From a virus (taxonomy: Duplodnaviria > Caudoviricetes), in the IMG/VR virus record IMGVR_UViG_3300036780_000409, positions 1 to 50,825 of that record: a stretch of DNA of 50,825 bases; one strand, 5' to 3'. A program made the position numbers and the translations under genes. Numbering within the stretch: the first letter of the stretch is position 1; the number at the start of each line of letters is the position of its first letter. Of this stretch, positions 1 through 8,354 are shown one piece after another. The notes below the pieces were generated by a model. That model was not told the DNA's origin. It ran no database searches and saw only the letters and a list, made by a program, of their open reading frames with translations.

Positions 1-210
1 ATGAGCGATCTCACAAAAGATCAAGTGATGGGAATCGCGGGATCCGCCTCCGTTCCATCTGATGTCGAAATGCTCGGCCTGCAGGATTGCGAAGCGTGCG
101 GCCATGCGCTTGACCGTCATGGGGTAGAAGGTTGCGAAGTTGAGATGGCTGCGCTTGATGGCACGGCTTACGGACCCTGCAGATGCCAATCGTACGAGGT
201 GATCGCGTGA
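1..210 (+). CDS. Hypothetical protein, Cys/His-rich (CxxCxH...H...C...CxC)
   Basis: ORF track; stop overlaps the next GTG (GTGA). Confidence 0.6.
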   Translation: MSDLTKDQVMGIAGSASVPSDVEMLGLQDCEACGHALDRHGVEGCEVEMAALDGTAYGPCRCQSYEVIA

Positions 211-302
211 GCCTACTTCTCGAAATCATCTCGTCCTTCACGGGCCTGATTCTCTTTTTGATCTATCTCTACCGCGAAACGCTCGGGAGGTATGGCCGAT
301 GA
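207..302 (+). CDS. Small single-TM peptide (31 aa, MSLLLEIISSFTGLILFLIYLYRETLGRYGR)
   Basis: Not in the ORF track. Fills the gap exactly, with GTGA and ATGA overlaps at both ends; hydrophobic stretch followed by a basic tail. Confidence 0.6.
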   Translation: MSLLLEIISSFTGLILFLIYLYRETLGRYGR

Positions 303-700
303 ACGCATCAGAGATTCGCTATCTGGCGCGCCACATCATCGGTGGCAGCCCTGCCGATCAGGAGGGTTACTTAACACTGCTTGGGGAAATCGCCGCCCAA
401 CTCGCCGAACAAAACGATATCAGCCGCAACATTTTGGGACAAAGCGCGCAACTCGCGGCAATCAGAGAACACGAAACCGCCTTAATTGAGAGCGAAAACG
501 CTCGTCGCGCCGTGGTTGATGACAGGTTGCAGGCGTCGATGGACCGCTCCGATTCGCGCCACGAAAGCGGAGCTGAAATTATCGGCAAGGCGATGGCTGA
601 AGTTCTCATGAAAATCGATGAGATCAGCAAAACGCTTTCCAGGATGGCCTCAGGGCAACGCGTATCGAACGAACTCAAGGCGGGAGGCGATCCGCGATGA
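299..700 (+). CDS. Hypothetical helical/coiled-coil protein
   Basis: GGAGG upstream; ATGA overlaps on both sides. Confidence 0.7.
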   Translation: MNASEIRYLARHIIGGSPADQEGYLTLLGEIAAQLAEQNDISRNILGQSAQLAAIREHETALIESENARRAVVDDRLQASMDRSDSRHESGAEIIGKAMAEVLMKIDEISKTLSRMASGQRVSNELKAGGDPR

Positions 701-1041
701 AACCTGCTCCCTCCAAGCGAATTGACATCGACCCTCTCGACTCCGAGTGGCTATCGATGCAGCGCCGCCAAGCCGCCGACGAAGCGCGCGACTCGGCCGA
801 CATGCAGGAATTGCGCGACAGGTCCCGCGTGGCCGCCGTGCGCTATCAAGCAGCTAAGAAAGAGTTGGTTGACGAAGCCATGATCGCCTTTGCGGACGAA
901 GCGCCACTGATCACGCCGAGGCCTTCGGTCTATCTTGCGACGTTCGCCAGCGTTCTCGTTCTAGGCGCTGTGGTGTTTGTGGGATGGGCCGTAGCGCGAT
1001 TCCCGAGCTGGCACGAAATGGTGCGGAGATTTTTGCAGTGA
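697..1041 (+). CDS. Hypothetical protein with C-terminal TM helix
   Basis: GGAGG upstream; hydrophobic segment VYLATFASVLVLGAVVFVGWAV. Confidence 0.7.
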   Translation: MKPAPSKRIDIDPLDSEWLSMQRRQAADEARDSADMQELRDRSRVAAVRYQAAKKELVDEAMIAFADEAPLITPRPSVYLATFASVLVLGAVVFVGWAVARFPSWHEMVRRFLQ

Positions 1042-1199
1042 ATCATTTTTCGTGGCGCGGCGTGGAAGGACACGCGGGAAGTGCGGGAACAAGCGCACAG
1101 GGATGTTCCGGTCGGTTTCAAGGCCTGGGCCGGTTAGAGCGCACCCTCGACGCAGCCGGTATCGAGTCCGGTCGCCACGCGATTTCTGTTTCGGAATAA
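1038..1199 (+). CDS. Possible 53-aa ORF overlapping the tRNA-like structure
   Basis: GTG coupled to the upstream stop with GGAG upstream. The sequence looks constrained by RNA structure, so coding status is doubtful. Confidence 0.3.
   Translation: MNHFSWRGVEGHAGSAGTSAQGCSGRFQGLGRLERTLDAAGIESGRHAISVSE
1051..1180 (+). ncRNA. tRNA-like structured RNA with expanded, branched anticodon domain
   Basis: 7-bp acceptor-like stem CGTGGCG/CGCCACG; D-like arm GCGT-GGAAGGAC-ACGC; T-like arm GCCGG-TATCGAGT-CCGGT directly before the 3' acceptor strand; no encoded CCA. Confidence 0.55.
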
Positions 1200-1217
1200 T
1201 TCGAAGGGAGAAAAAAG

Positions 1218-2291
1218 ATGGCAACGGCAAGAGAAGCTTTAACACCAACGGCGGTTCAGCCGATGCGCGTTCGAGAAATCGGCGGTGGTGCGCTCGCTCA
1301 AATGAGCACGTCGGCTGCAATCACGATGGCCGAGGTCGATAAACAAATCAGCACGGCCCACGCCTACCCGCGAGACATCACAACCTTTCGGCAGGAGGCT
1401 TTGGAACTCGTGACGTTGAACCAATCCATCGCCGATGAGTGCATTTACGCTCTGCCGCGCGGCGGAAAAGTGATCGAAGGGCCGAGCGCGCGTTTTGCCG
1501 AGATCATCGCGAGTTGTTGGGGAAACTCCCGCGCTGGCGCCCGCGTGATGGCCGAGGAGCGCAATTTCATCGTTGCCCAGGGCGTCTTCCACGATCTGCA
1601 GCGCAACGTCGCCATCAATTACGAAGTGAAGCGCCGGATCACCGACCGCGAGGGTGGCCGCTATAACGACGACATGATTTCCGTCACGGCGAATGCGGCA
1701 TGCTCGATCGCCTTGCGCAATGCCGTGCTCAAGGGCGTGCCGAAAGCTTTCTGGTCCGATATTTACGAAGCCGCGAAGAAAGTGGCTGAGGGCAGCGCGC
1801 AGACCCTCGAAAAGCGCCGCATGGATTGGATCACGATCTTCGAGAAGCAGGGAATCACACGCGCGCAAATTTTCAAAACGCTCAACGTGAAGGGCCTGCC
1901 GGACATCGGCCTCGAACAGCTCGTGATCCTCAAGGGGATTCAGAACGCCGTAAAGAACGGGGAATACACGGTCGAACAGGCTTTCTCCGCGCAAGGCGTT
2001 CCCGCGCCGGGAGATCCAGAGGATGCCGCGCAACATGAAATCTCCGAAGCGGAAGCGGCGCAACTTACGAAGGTCAAGGAACTCTGCCAGGAACTCGGTC
2101 ACACCGAAGGCAACATGAACATGTTGATCGGTCAATACCAAGATCACATCGACGCGCTCATCGAAAAGCTCACGTCCGATGTTGAGGCGAAGCGCAAATA
2201 CGAACGCGAGGAAGTCGAGAAAGGCGCCGCGAAGCCCGTTGCGGAAACAGCGAAACAGAAGTCGGGCAAGGGCGGCAAAGCCCTGTTCTAG
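1218..2291 (+). CDS. Probable single-strand annealing/recombination protein
   Basis: AYPRD...YALPRGGKVIEGPSARFAE...WGN motif set, typical of phage proteins encoded next to exonucleases; charged flexible C-terminus; good RBS. Confidence 0.6.
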   Translation: MATAREALTPTAVQPMRVREIGGGALAQMSTSAAITMAEVDKQISTAHAYPRDITTFRQEALELVTLNQSIADECIYALPRGGKVIEGPSARFAEIIASCWGNSRAGARVMAEERNFIVAQGVFHDLQRNVAINYEVKRRITDREGGRYNDDMISVTANAACSIALRNAVLKGVPKAFWSDIYEAAKKVAEGSAQTLEKRRMDWITIFEKQGITRAQIFKTLNVKGLPDIGLEQLVILKGIQNAVKNGEYTVEQAFSAQGVPAPGDPEDAAQHEISEAEAAQLTKVKELCQELGHTEGNMNMLIGQYQDHIDALIEKLTSDVEAKRKYEREEVEKGAAKPVAETAKQKSGKGGKALF

Positions 2292-2325
2292 AAATCCCCG
2301 CCGAACACTCCGGCAGGGAGACGAA

Positions 2326-2379
2326 GCGGGGAGCGGAAGCATCATCGCCCAAACGGTGACTGCCCAATCCGTTCCCCGC
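2326..2379 (+). promoter_or_regulatory. Long intergenic hairpin directly upstream of the exonuclease RBS
   Basis: GCGGGGAGCGGA (2326-2337) pairs with TCCGTTCCCCGC (2368-2379); inner stem TCATCG/CGGTGA; AGGAG follows at 2381. Confidence 0.4.
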
Positions 2380-2393
2380 CAGGAGATTTGAAA

Positions 2394-3539
2394 ATGTCGC
2401 AAACGCTACGCCAGATTCAGACGCAAGAGCAAACGGCAATCCCGGCCCTCAGTCAATCGAAATACGAGGACATGGGCTGCGAGGTTTTGTACGTCGCCAA
2501 ACACATCGACGGCATGCGCTCGGACAATGCCGCATCGCGCCGGGGCTCGGAAGTTCACGACATCCTGAAAACCTACATTCAGGGTTTGGTCGCCTCGAAG
2601 CTCCGCGCGGACGTGGTTTTCTTTGCGCAGCTTCTTGAAACCGCCAGTCAGGACGCTTTTGACGCGTTGGAGAATTTCGGTGATCGCTATGAGATCGATT
2701 ACGACAAAGTGGCCGGGACCGAAATGCGTATCAGTCTTGACGCGGACTTCAAGCCGTGCCGACACGAAGACGCCGTGTACGAAGGAACCATCGATCTCCT
2801 GTTGATGCTCTCGCCGAAGAAGGCTGTCATCCCGGACTATAAGTCTTATTTTTCCATCATTGATGCCGACACTTTCCAATCTTCTTTTTACCCGATGCTC
2901 GTGATGTGCGCGATTGAATCGATAGAGGAAGTCGAATTCGTCCTTGAGTTCATCCGTTATGGAGCAGCTCGCAGCGTGACGTACACGCGAGACGATTTGC
3001 CTAAGCTCAAGCGGAAAGCGGAAGCGGCGCGCGCGCGGCAACTATCGCTTCACGGATATAACTATCCGCATTCTGCCACTCCGGGCCGTCATTGCACCTT
3101 CTGCCCGAAGCTCACGCACGGATGCCCGGTTGCGCAGACCAATCGCTACGCGACGATGACGCCGGCAGAGCGCGTTTCGTTCGGCGTGTGGCTCAAAGAG
3201 GCCACGAAAGAGAATACCGAAGTCCTCAAGGGCTTCGTGGTCGAAGGCGGTTCAGTCACCTGCGAAGACGCGAACGGCACGAAGTACGAGGCTGGATTCA
3301 AAAAGCAGGATCGGCGCTCGTTTCCACTCAACGGCGCATTTCGGATTCTCAATTCGTATTTCGAGCTACATCCGGGCGACCGCGCGTTCTCGGAAAAACT
3401 CACCATCGGCGGGATGTCCAGTTACCTGAAAGCCAAGATGCGCGCTCCGCTCGCGGCGCAGATGGCGGACGTGGCGAAGATCAAATCCATAACGAAATTC
3501 ACGATTGGCGATCCCGACGACGAGGACGAAGAGGAATAG
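2394..3539 (+). CDS. PD-(D/E)XK exonuclease, RecB/Cas4-like, probable Fe-S cluster
   Basis: LSQS..C, RGSEVH, GTIDLL, DYKS, FQ..FY and C-terminal CTFC...GC motifs. An alternative TTG start lies at 2388. Confidence 0.85.
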   Translation: MSQTLRQIQTQEQTAIPALSQSKYEDMGCEVLYVAKHIDGMRSDNAASRRGSEVHDILKTYIQGLVASKLRADVVFFAQLLETASQDAFDALENFGDRYEIDYDKVAGTEMRISLDADFKPCRHEDAVYEGTIDLLLMLSPKKAVIPDYKSYFSIIDADTFQSSFYPMLVMCAIESIEEVEFVLEFIRYGAARSVTYTRDDLPKLKRKAEAARARQLSLHGYNYPHSATPGRHCTFCPKLTHGCPVAQTNRYATMTPAERVSFGVWLKEATKENTEVLKGFVVEGGSVTCEDANGTKYEAGFKKQDRRSFPLNGAFRILNSYFELHPGDRAFSEKLTIGGMSSYLKAKMRAPLAAQMADVAKIKSITKFTIGDPDDEDEEE

Positions 3540-3541
3540 CG

Positions 3542-4513
3542 ATGAGCGAAGCCGCAAAGACGTGTGGTTATAAGGCGAAGACGATCAAGAGTGTCATCCG
3601 CCGAAAGGTAGACCACTGGCTAAAAAGCATTGACGACGAATCGCTACGTTCGGCGCTTGCGGACAAGGTGATCGTTACCGGCGGCTGCGTCGCCTCGATG
3701 CTCCTTGGTGAAGAAGTGAAAGATTTTGATATCTATCTGCGTGATCACGACAGCGTTTTGGCTCTTGCGAATTATTACCTGGGAAAGTTTTCAACTCGCA
3801 AGCATGCCGGAATCGATGTGCCTCTCTCCGTCGAAGATGACGGAATCCGCATTCGCATAGTGGCCAAATCCTCGGGGATAGCCAGCGAAGAGGGCACCGA
3901 AAAGCCGTACCAATATTTCGAATCTCAGCCGGACCAAGAGAGCGGCGAGTACGTTTCGGACGTCATCACCGATCCGGGAACGATTGAAGAGGCTTACGAA
4001 GAGACTGAGGAAAAGGCTCAAAAAACGAAGGGCGACGCCAAGGCGAAATACCGCCCAGTTTTTATGACCAGCAATGCAATCACTCTCAGCGATAGAGTCC
4101 AGATAATCCTTCGTTTCTACGGCGAGCCCGACACGATTCACGAAAACTACGATTACGTTCACTGCACCAACTATTGGAAGAGTTGGGATGGCGGGGAACT
4201 CGTTTTGCGGCCCGCTGCGTTGGAAGCGCTCTTGTCCCGCACGCTGAATTACGTGGGCAGCAAGTATCCCATTTGCTCGGCCGTGCGCATGCGCAAATTC
4301 GTTCAGCGCGGATGGCGGATAAACGCAGGGCAAATTCTCAAGATGTCTATGCAGATTAGCTCACTGGACCTTACGGACATAAAGGTGCTTGAGGATCAAC
4401 TTACGGGCGTCGATACCGCGTATTTCGTGCAATTGATTGAAAGGCTCAAGGAAAAAGACCCGGAGAAAGTGGATTCGGCTTATTTGGTCGAGATCATCGA
4501 CAGGATTTTTTAG
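3542..4513 (+). CDS. Nucleotidyltransferase, CCA-adding/poly(A) polymerase head-like
   Basis: IVTGGCVASMLLGEEVKDFDIYL (GG...DxD), YDYVHC and RMRKFVQRGW motifs. Start moved from 3092 to the ATG at 3542, after GAGG. Confidence 0.75.
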   Translation: MSEAAKTCGYKAKTIKSVIRRKVDHWLKSIDDESLRSALADKVIVTGGCVASMLLGEEVKDFDIYLRDHDSVLALANYYLGKFSTRKHAGIDVPLSVEDDGIRIRIVAKSSGIASEEGTEKPYQYFESQPDQESGEYVSDVITDPGTIEEAYEETEEKAQKTKGDAKAKYRPVFMTSNAITLSDRVQIILRFYGEPDTIHENYDYVHCTNYWKSWDGGELVLRPAALEALLSRTLNYVGSKYPICSAVRMRKFVQRGWRINAGQILKMSMQISSLDLTDIKVLEDQLTGVDTAYFVQLIERLKEKDPEKVDSAYLVEIIDRIF

Positions 4514-4534
4514 GCGGTCAAAAGGAATAGAACC

Positions 4535-6502
4535 ATGCGAATTAATTCAATAAAGCTACGCGATTTCCGCTGCCATCACAGCTTCTCGACGACGCTGGAC
4601 GATCTTAACTTTTTCGTCGGGGCAAACGCTTCGGGCAAAACGTCGATTGCCCAAGCCGTGGAATTCGCTCTCACCGGCAAATGCTCCGTGACCGACGCAG
4701 CCGGCCGCAACGCCGAGGATCTCATTTTGATCGGCGCGAAGGAGTTTGAAATCGTCCTCGACGTGACGAAGGACGACGTTTCGGGAAAGGTCGCGCGGAG
4801 CAAGAGCGCGCGCGCCCACGAACTCACGTTGAATGATCGGGCGTTGCCCTTGCCGGAAGCGCAGCGCCGGATTTACGAGGTGCTAGGCGTTACGGGCGAC
4901 GTACTTTCGGCGTGCCTGAACTCGGGCAGGTTTCTCGCGATGGACGAGAAGGCCCAAAAAACGCTGCTGGCTCAGGTGTTGGCTAGCGATAGCGCGAAGG
5001 CCCCGCAGTCCATCGTGGACGATGTTAAGCACACCACCGGCGAGTGGGGATTGGGAACGCCTGACGGAGTGATCGATTCCATCGACAACATCGACATGTA
5101 CCACAAATTTTTCTACGAAAAGCGCACCGAAACCAACCGCGACCTGAAATCCCTCGGCTCGATGGAAGAACCAAGCGAGCCCGTCGCGGGATACGCCGAT
5201 CAAAAGAGCGCCTTGGACGATCTCCGCCGCCAGCTCACGCTCGCCGAGAAGTCCAAGAGCGGCGCCGAACAGCGCCATTCCAGCCTGATCGAATCGAACA
5301 AGCGCACGCGCCGCATGATCGACGCGCGCAAGAGCGAGGCCGAAGCGCGGACGCTCACCGATCTCGCGGTAAAGGATTTCGAGGCGCGCATCGCCGACGC
5401 AGACAAAGCGAAGGGCATTGCTGCAAAGATCAAAGCACTCGAATCCAATCTCGTAACCAAGAAGGGCAAGATCGACCGGGAAAACGCGGCGGAAGTCGCG
5501 CGCCTCACGCAAGCCTCTTCCGATCTTCGCGCCTCCATTGAGGAGACGGAATCGGTAGTTGCGCTCCTGGTTGCCATCAAAGCCACCTGCCCGGCGTGCC
5601 AGCGCGTGCTCAAGGCGTCCGAGAAGGCCGAGATCACTTCCACCCTCGGGGCGAAGCTGAAGCTCAACCGGAGCTTGCTCGAAGAGGCCGAACGCGAATT
5701 AAAGGCCGCGAACGAACGTGAATATCCTGAGGAAATCACGCAAATCTCCCGCGCCATTGCCGACGAGAAGCGTTCCCTCGAAAACATCGGCGACGTCGCC
5801 CAAGTCGAATCGCAACTCCGCGCACACCGCGAAGCCATCGTGGAAATGGGCCGCTGCGACCGCGACCTGAAGGAAATCAAGGACCCTCCCGCGCTCGACA
5901 CGTCCGAAAGTGACAAAACGATTGACGAGCTTACCGCGCGCATCCGTAAGGGCGAGGAAGTGATCAGCGGCTTGCGCGAGGCCGAACAGAAGCGCGAAGC
6001 CTACAAATCGTGGCAGGACCGCAAGGCGTCTCTCGAATCGCGCGTGGTGGTGCTCACGGGGCTGATCGATTTCTTCGGGCCGAACGGAATCAAAAGTCAA
6101 ATGGTCGGGGATAAGATCGGCCCCTTCACTGCCGCGATCAACGAATCGCTCCGCGCGTTTGGCTATGCCGTGCGCTTCACGCTCGAACCGTACAGTTTCC
6201 AGGTGGGCGCTTTTGAGCGCGAGGGATGGCGCACGCTACGTCAATTGTCCGAGTCCGAGCAATTCCGCTTCGGCGTTTCCTTCCAGATCGCGCTGGCGAA
6301 GGCGACCGGCCTCAATTTCGCGCTCATCGACCGGGCGGACGTGCTGGATTCCGACAGCCGCGCCGAATTGACCGAAATGTTGCAGGCGAGCGGCCTCGAG
6401 CAAGTGATCGTTTTCAGCACGAGCGATAAGCCCATTCCTCAGGAAGCGCCGGCAGGCATGAAGTTTGTGCAGCTTGGGGCGAAGGAAGAGGTTGCGGCGT
6501 GA
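4535..6502 (+). CDS. Rad50/SbcC-like SMC ATPase with zinc hook
   Basis: Walker A GANASGKTS; long coiled coil with central CPAC; variant signature LSESE; variant Walker B ALIDRAD. Confidence 0.9.
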   Translation: MRINSIKLRDFRCHHSFSTTLDDLNFFVGANASGKTSIAQAVEFALTGKCSVTDAAGRNAEDLILIGAKEFEIVLDVTKDDVSGKVARSKSARAHELTLNDRALPLPEAQRRIYEVLGVTGDVLSACLNSGRFLAMDEKAQKTLLAQVLASDSAKAPQSIVDDVKHTTGEWGLGTPDGVIDSIDNIDMYHKFFYEKRTETNRDLKSLGSMEEPSEPVAGYADQKSALDDLRRQLTLAEKSKSGAEQRHSSLIESNKRTRRMIDARKSEAEARTLTDLAVKDFEARIADADKAKGIAAKIKALESNLVTKKGKIDRENAAEVARLTQASSDLRASIEETESVVALLVAIKATCPACQRVLKASEKAEITSTLGAKLKLNRSLLEEAERELKAANEREYPEEITQISRAIADEKRSLENIGDVAQVESQLRAHREAIVEMGRCDRDLKEIKDPPALDTSESDKTIDELTARIRKGEEVISGLREAEQKREAYKSWQDRKASLESRVVVLTGLIDFFGPNGIKSQMVGDKIGPFTAAINESLRAFGYAVRFTLEPYSFQVGAFEREGWRTLRQLSESEQFRFGVSFQIALAKATGLNFALIDRADVLDSDSRAELTEMLQASGLEQVIVFSTSDKPIPQEAPAGMKFVQLGAKEEVAA

Positions 6503-6750
6503 GCGAGTGGCAACCGGCAATTTTTATCGAGGCACATCCTGACGGCCAAGGGCACGCGCCGTACGGGAAAAGAATATGGATTTGCCAGACTGACGCAGAT
6601 TCAGATTTAGTCGCGTATTACCGAAGTCTAGGGTGCGACTCGAGCAGGTTTTTCCACATCTCCCCAGTCCCGCGATTGTTTGTCAATCACGATGCAGTGC
6701 TGGGAACGGGATTGGCAACCGTCTGCGAACACGAGGTTTTAACGGACTAA
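6499..6750 (+). CDS. Hypothetical protein
   Basis: GTGA overlap and GAGG upstream; ends VCEHEVLTD. Confidence 0.65.
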   Translation: MSEWQPAIFIEAHPDGQGHAPYGKRIWICQTDADSDLVAYYRSLGCDSSRFFHISPVPRLFVNHDAVLGTGLATVCEHEVLTD

Positions 6751-6989
6751 TGAAGAAGCCGCGCATACCGCTTTCGATCACGGCAGCCCACGCCGTCGGC
6801 GACACCGTGCGCACGTTTCGCGGCGAGGCGCTGAAGGTGGTGCGCGTGATCGGAGGCTTTTCTTACTGGCTCAACGATTACGAAACCAAATATCCGTACT
6901 GCGAAGACGAGATCGCCAAGCCGGGGCAGATGACTGCGAGCGAGAAGAAGTTAGAGAAGTTCAAATTGCGCAAGGCGGGAAGACGGTGA
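6750..6989 (+). CDS. Hypothetical protein (possible SH3/KOW-like fold)
   Basis: TAATG coupling at 6750; HAVGDTVR motif. Confidence 0.6.
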   Translation: MKKPRIPLSITAAHAVGDTVRTFRGEALKVVRVIGGFSYWLNDYETKYPYCEDEIAKPGQMTASEKKLEKFKLRKAGRR

Positions 6990-7489
6990 TTCTGCCATTC
7001 ACTTCGGGATTGATGCGCACCACGCATTTCGACCAAGAGTGCCGGATGCTCGCAGATCGGCACTACTCGCGCCAGACCCCGGGAGCTGCGCAGTTCTGCG
7101 GGAACGGGGAAAAGATCGTCCTGCGCGATGCGCAAGGACTCGTCTTGTTCGTTTGGCTATACGAAAAACAGGAGCGCTGGGACGGTCGTAGGGGGATTCA
7201 ATGCCAATGGTTCCGTAATGAGTCGTCGCGCCTGTCTAGCGAAATAATCCGCGAGGCCGAGACATTTGCCGTAGAGCGTTGGGGAATGGGACTAGCTTTT
7301 ACCTTCGTGGACTCGACAAAAATCAAGAGCGTTCACCCGGGATACTGTTTCCGCATGGCCGGATGGGATTTTGTGCGCGACCAAGAAACCGATAGGCCTC
7401 TACTGACTTCGCGCGGAAAGCATGTTCTTGAAAAGAGACTGGATATGACGCCGTTCCCGGAAGTCCTCCAAATCGCGGAGCGCGTGTAA
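6986..7489 (+). CDS. Mom-like GNAT-fold protein (putative DNA modification)
   Basis: ADRHYSR, FRNE..LSSEII, TFVD...HPGYCFRMAGW pattern, recalled as a Mom-related family. Confidence 0.55.
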   Translation: MILPFTSGLMRTTHFDQECRMLADRHYSRQTPGAAQFCGNGEKIVLRDAQGLVLFVWLYEKQERWDGRRGIQCQWFRNESSRLSSEIIREAETFAVERWGMGLAFTFVDSTKIKSVHPGYCFRMAGWDFVRDQETDRPLLTSRGKHVLEKRLDMTPFPEVLQIAERV

Positions 7490-7542
7490 TGGCCCTCCAC
7501 TGGGATTACGGCAAGCGGAGCGCGCGGAAGGTGGCGGCGTAG
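7489..7542 (+). CDS. 17-aa coupled mini-ORF (MALHWDYGKRSARKVAA)
   Basis: TAATG overlap upstream; its stop abuts the next ATG at 7543. Confidence 0.35.
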   Translation: MALHWDYGKRSARKVAA

Positions 7543-7767
7543 ATGCCTGGAACGCAATGCGAATTTATCGAGCGCACACCGATCTACATCAAGGAAATGC
7601 GCATGCCGGACGGTCGCGTGATTCAAATCGACCGCAGCGAGTGGGCCAACGAAAACGGCGCGTTCTTTCGATACAACGAGGTTCAGTGCCAATACGTCGC
7701 TGATACCGGTAAGAGATATTGCCCGCGCCACGAACTGGAATTGGCGACGAAAGGTGAAGCGGCGTGA
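7543..7767 (+). CDS. Hypothetical protein (C...C...YCPRH)
   Basis: ORF track; coupled to neighbours. Confidence 0.6.
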   Translation: MPGTQCEFIERTPIYIKEMRMPDGRVIQIDRSEWANENGAFFRYNEVQCQYVADTGKRYCPRHELELATKGEAA

Positions 7768-7982
7768 CCGTGCGCGTCAATCCCGCAGCCGACAAGTTCC
7801 ACGATCACCTCGACGCCTGCGAGCAGTGCCGCAACAAACCGTTCGATCTCTGCCCGGTCGGAGCGGCGCTTCTGATTGCCTGCGTCGATTGCGATTGCAA
7901 TCCCTGCTGTTGCGACGATCCGCCGCGCGGGGAAGTGATTGAAGAGGAAGACGAATCGGAGATGGGCGAAGGGAAAGAATGA
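7764..7982 (+). CDS. Small Cys-rich metal-binding protein with acidic tail
   Basis: HLDACEQC...LCP...CVDCDCNPCCC. Confidence 0.6.
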   Translation: MTVRVNPAADKFHDHLDACEQCRNKPFDLCPVGAALLIACVDCDCNPCCCDDPPRGEVIEEEDESEMGEGKE

Positions 7983-8185
7983 GCTGCTCGAAAATTTACG
8001 TGATTCAGCTTTGGGACTCCCGATTCGGATGGCTGTTTGTGAACGAAGGCGGCAGACCTTTGGCGTTTTTCAAGAAGCGTGATGCGGACGAAAAGTGCAA
8101 GGCGCTCAAGGCGAATGCGCACTTCCGCTCGAAATTCAAGGGACGTCTTTTCGTTGATGCGACGATACCCGAGATTCTTAGATGA
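7979..8185 (+). CDS. Hypothetical protein
   Basis: ATGA overlaps on both sides. Confidence 0.55.
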   Translation: MSCSKIYVIQLWDSRFGWLFVNEGGRPLAFFKKRDADEKCKALKANAHFRSKFKGRLFVDATIPEILR

Positions 8186-8316
8186 TCTGCCCACGCTGCA
8201 ATTCGCTCTTGCGCGAGCACGAACCTAGCCTCGATTGGCTGCGCTATTTCGAGTGCGGCGATTGCCTCTCGGTCTGGCACATCGAGGTCGTGGGGGGGGC
8301 AGCTATTTGGCTTTAG
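8182..8316 (+). CDS. Zinc-ribbon mini-protein (44 aa, MICPRC...ECGDC)
   Basis: Not in the ORF track. ATGA overlap; two CxxC pairs; contains a G8 tract at 8292-8299. Confidence 0.6.
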   Translation: MICPRCNSLLREHEPSLDWLRYFECGDCLSVWHIEVVGGAAIWL

Positions 8317-8354
8317 GTAGATCGAAACGCGAGAAGGAAGCGAAAGGAGAAACG

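Noticed and set aside
1051-1180. Canonical or intron-containing tRNA gene
   Set aside because: It has C at position 8, an 8-nt T-loop, no 7-nt anticodon loop and an insert too short for a self-splicing intron. Kept only as a tRNA-like element.
1239-2402. Long minus-strand ORFs (also 21964-22968, 25826-26644, 28823-29647, 46228-47382)
   Set aside because: These are antisense shadows of well-supported plus-strand genes in GC-rich DNA, with no motifs or RBS.
2394-3539. Cas4-like nuclease as evidence of a CRISPR-Cas system
   Set aside because: No repeat-spacer array or other cas genes were seen; stand-alone Cas4/RecB-like exonucleases are common in phage recombination modules.
3092-3541. N-terminal extension of the nucleotidyltransferase in the ORF track
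   Set aside because: It overlaps the exonuclease out of frame; the ATG at 3542 with an RBS is the better start. The same applies to track starts 8235, 13340, 14750, 14989, 19440, 33415, 33792, 34076, 34813, 38851 and 47412.
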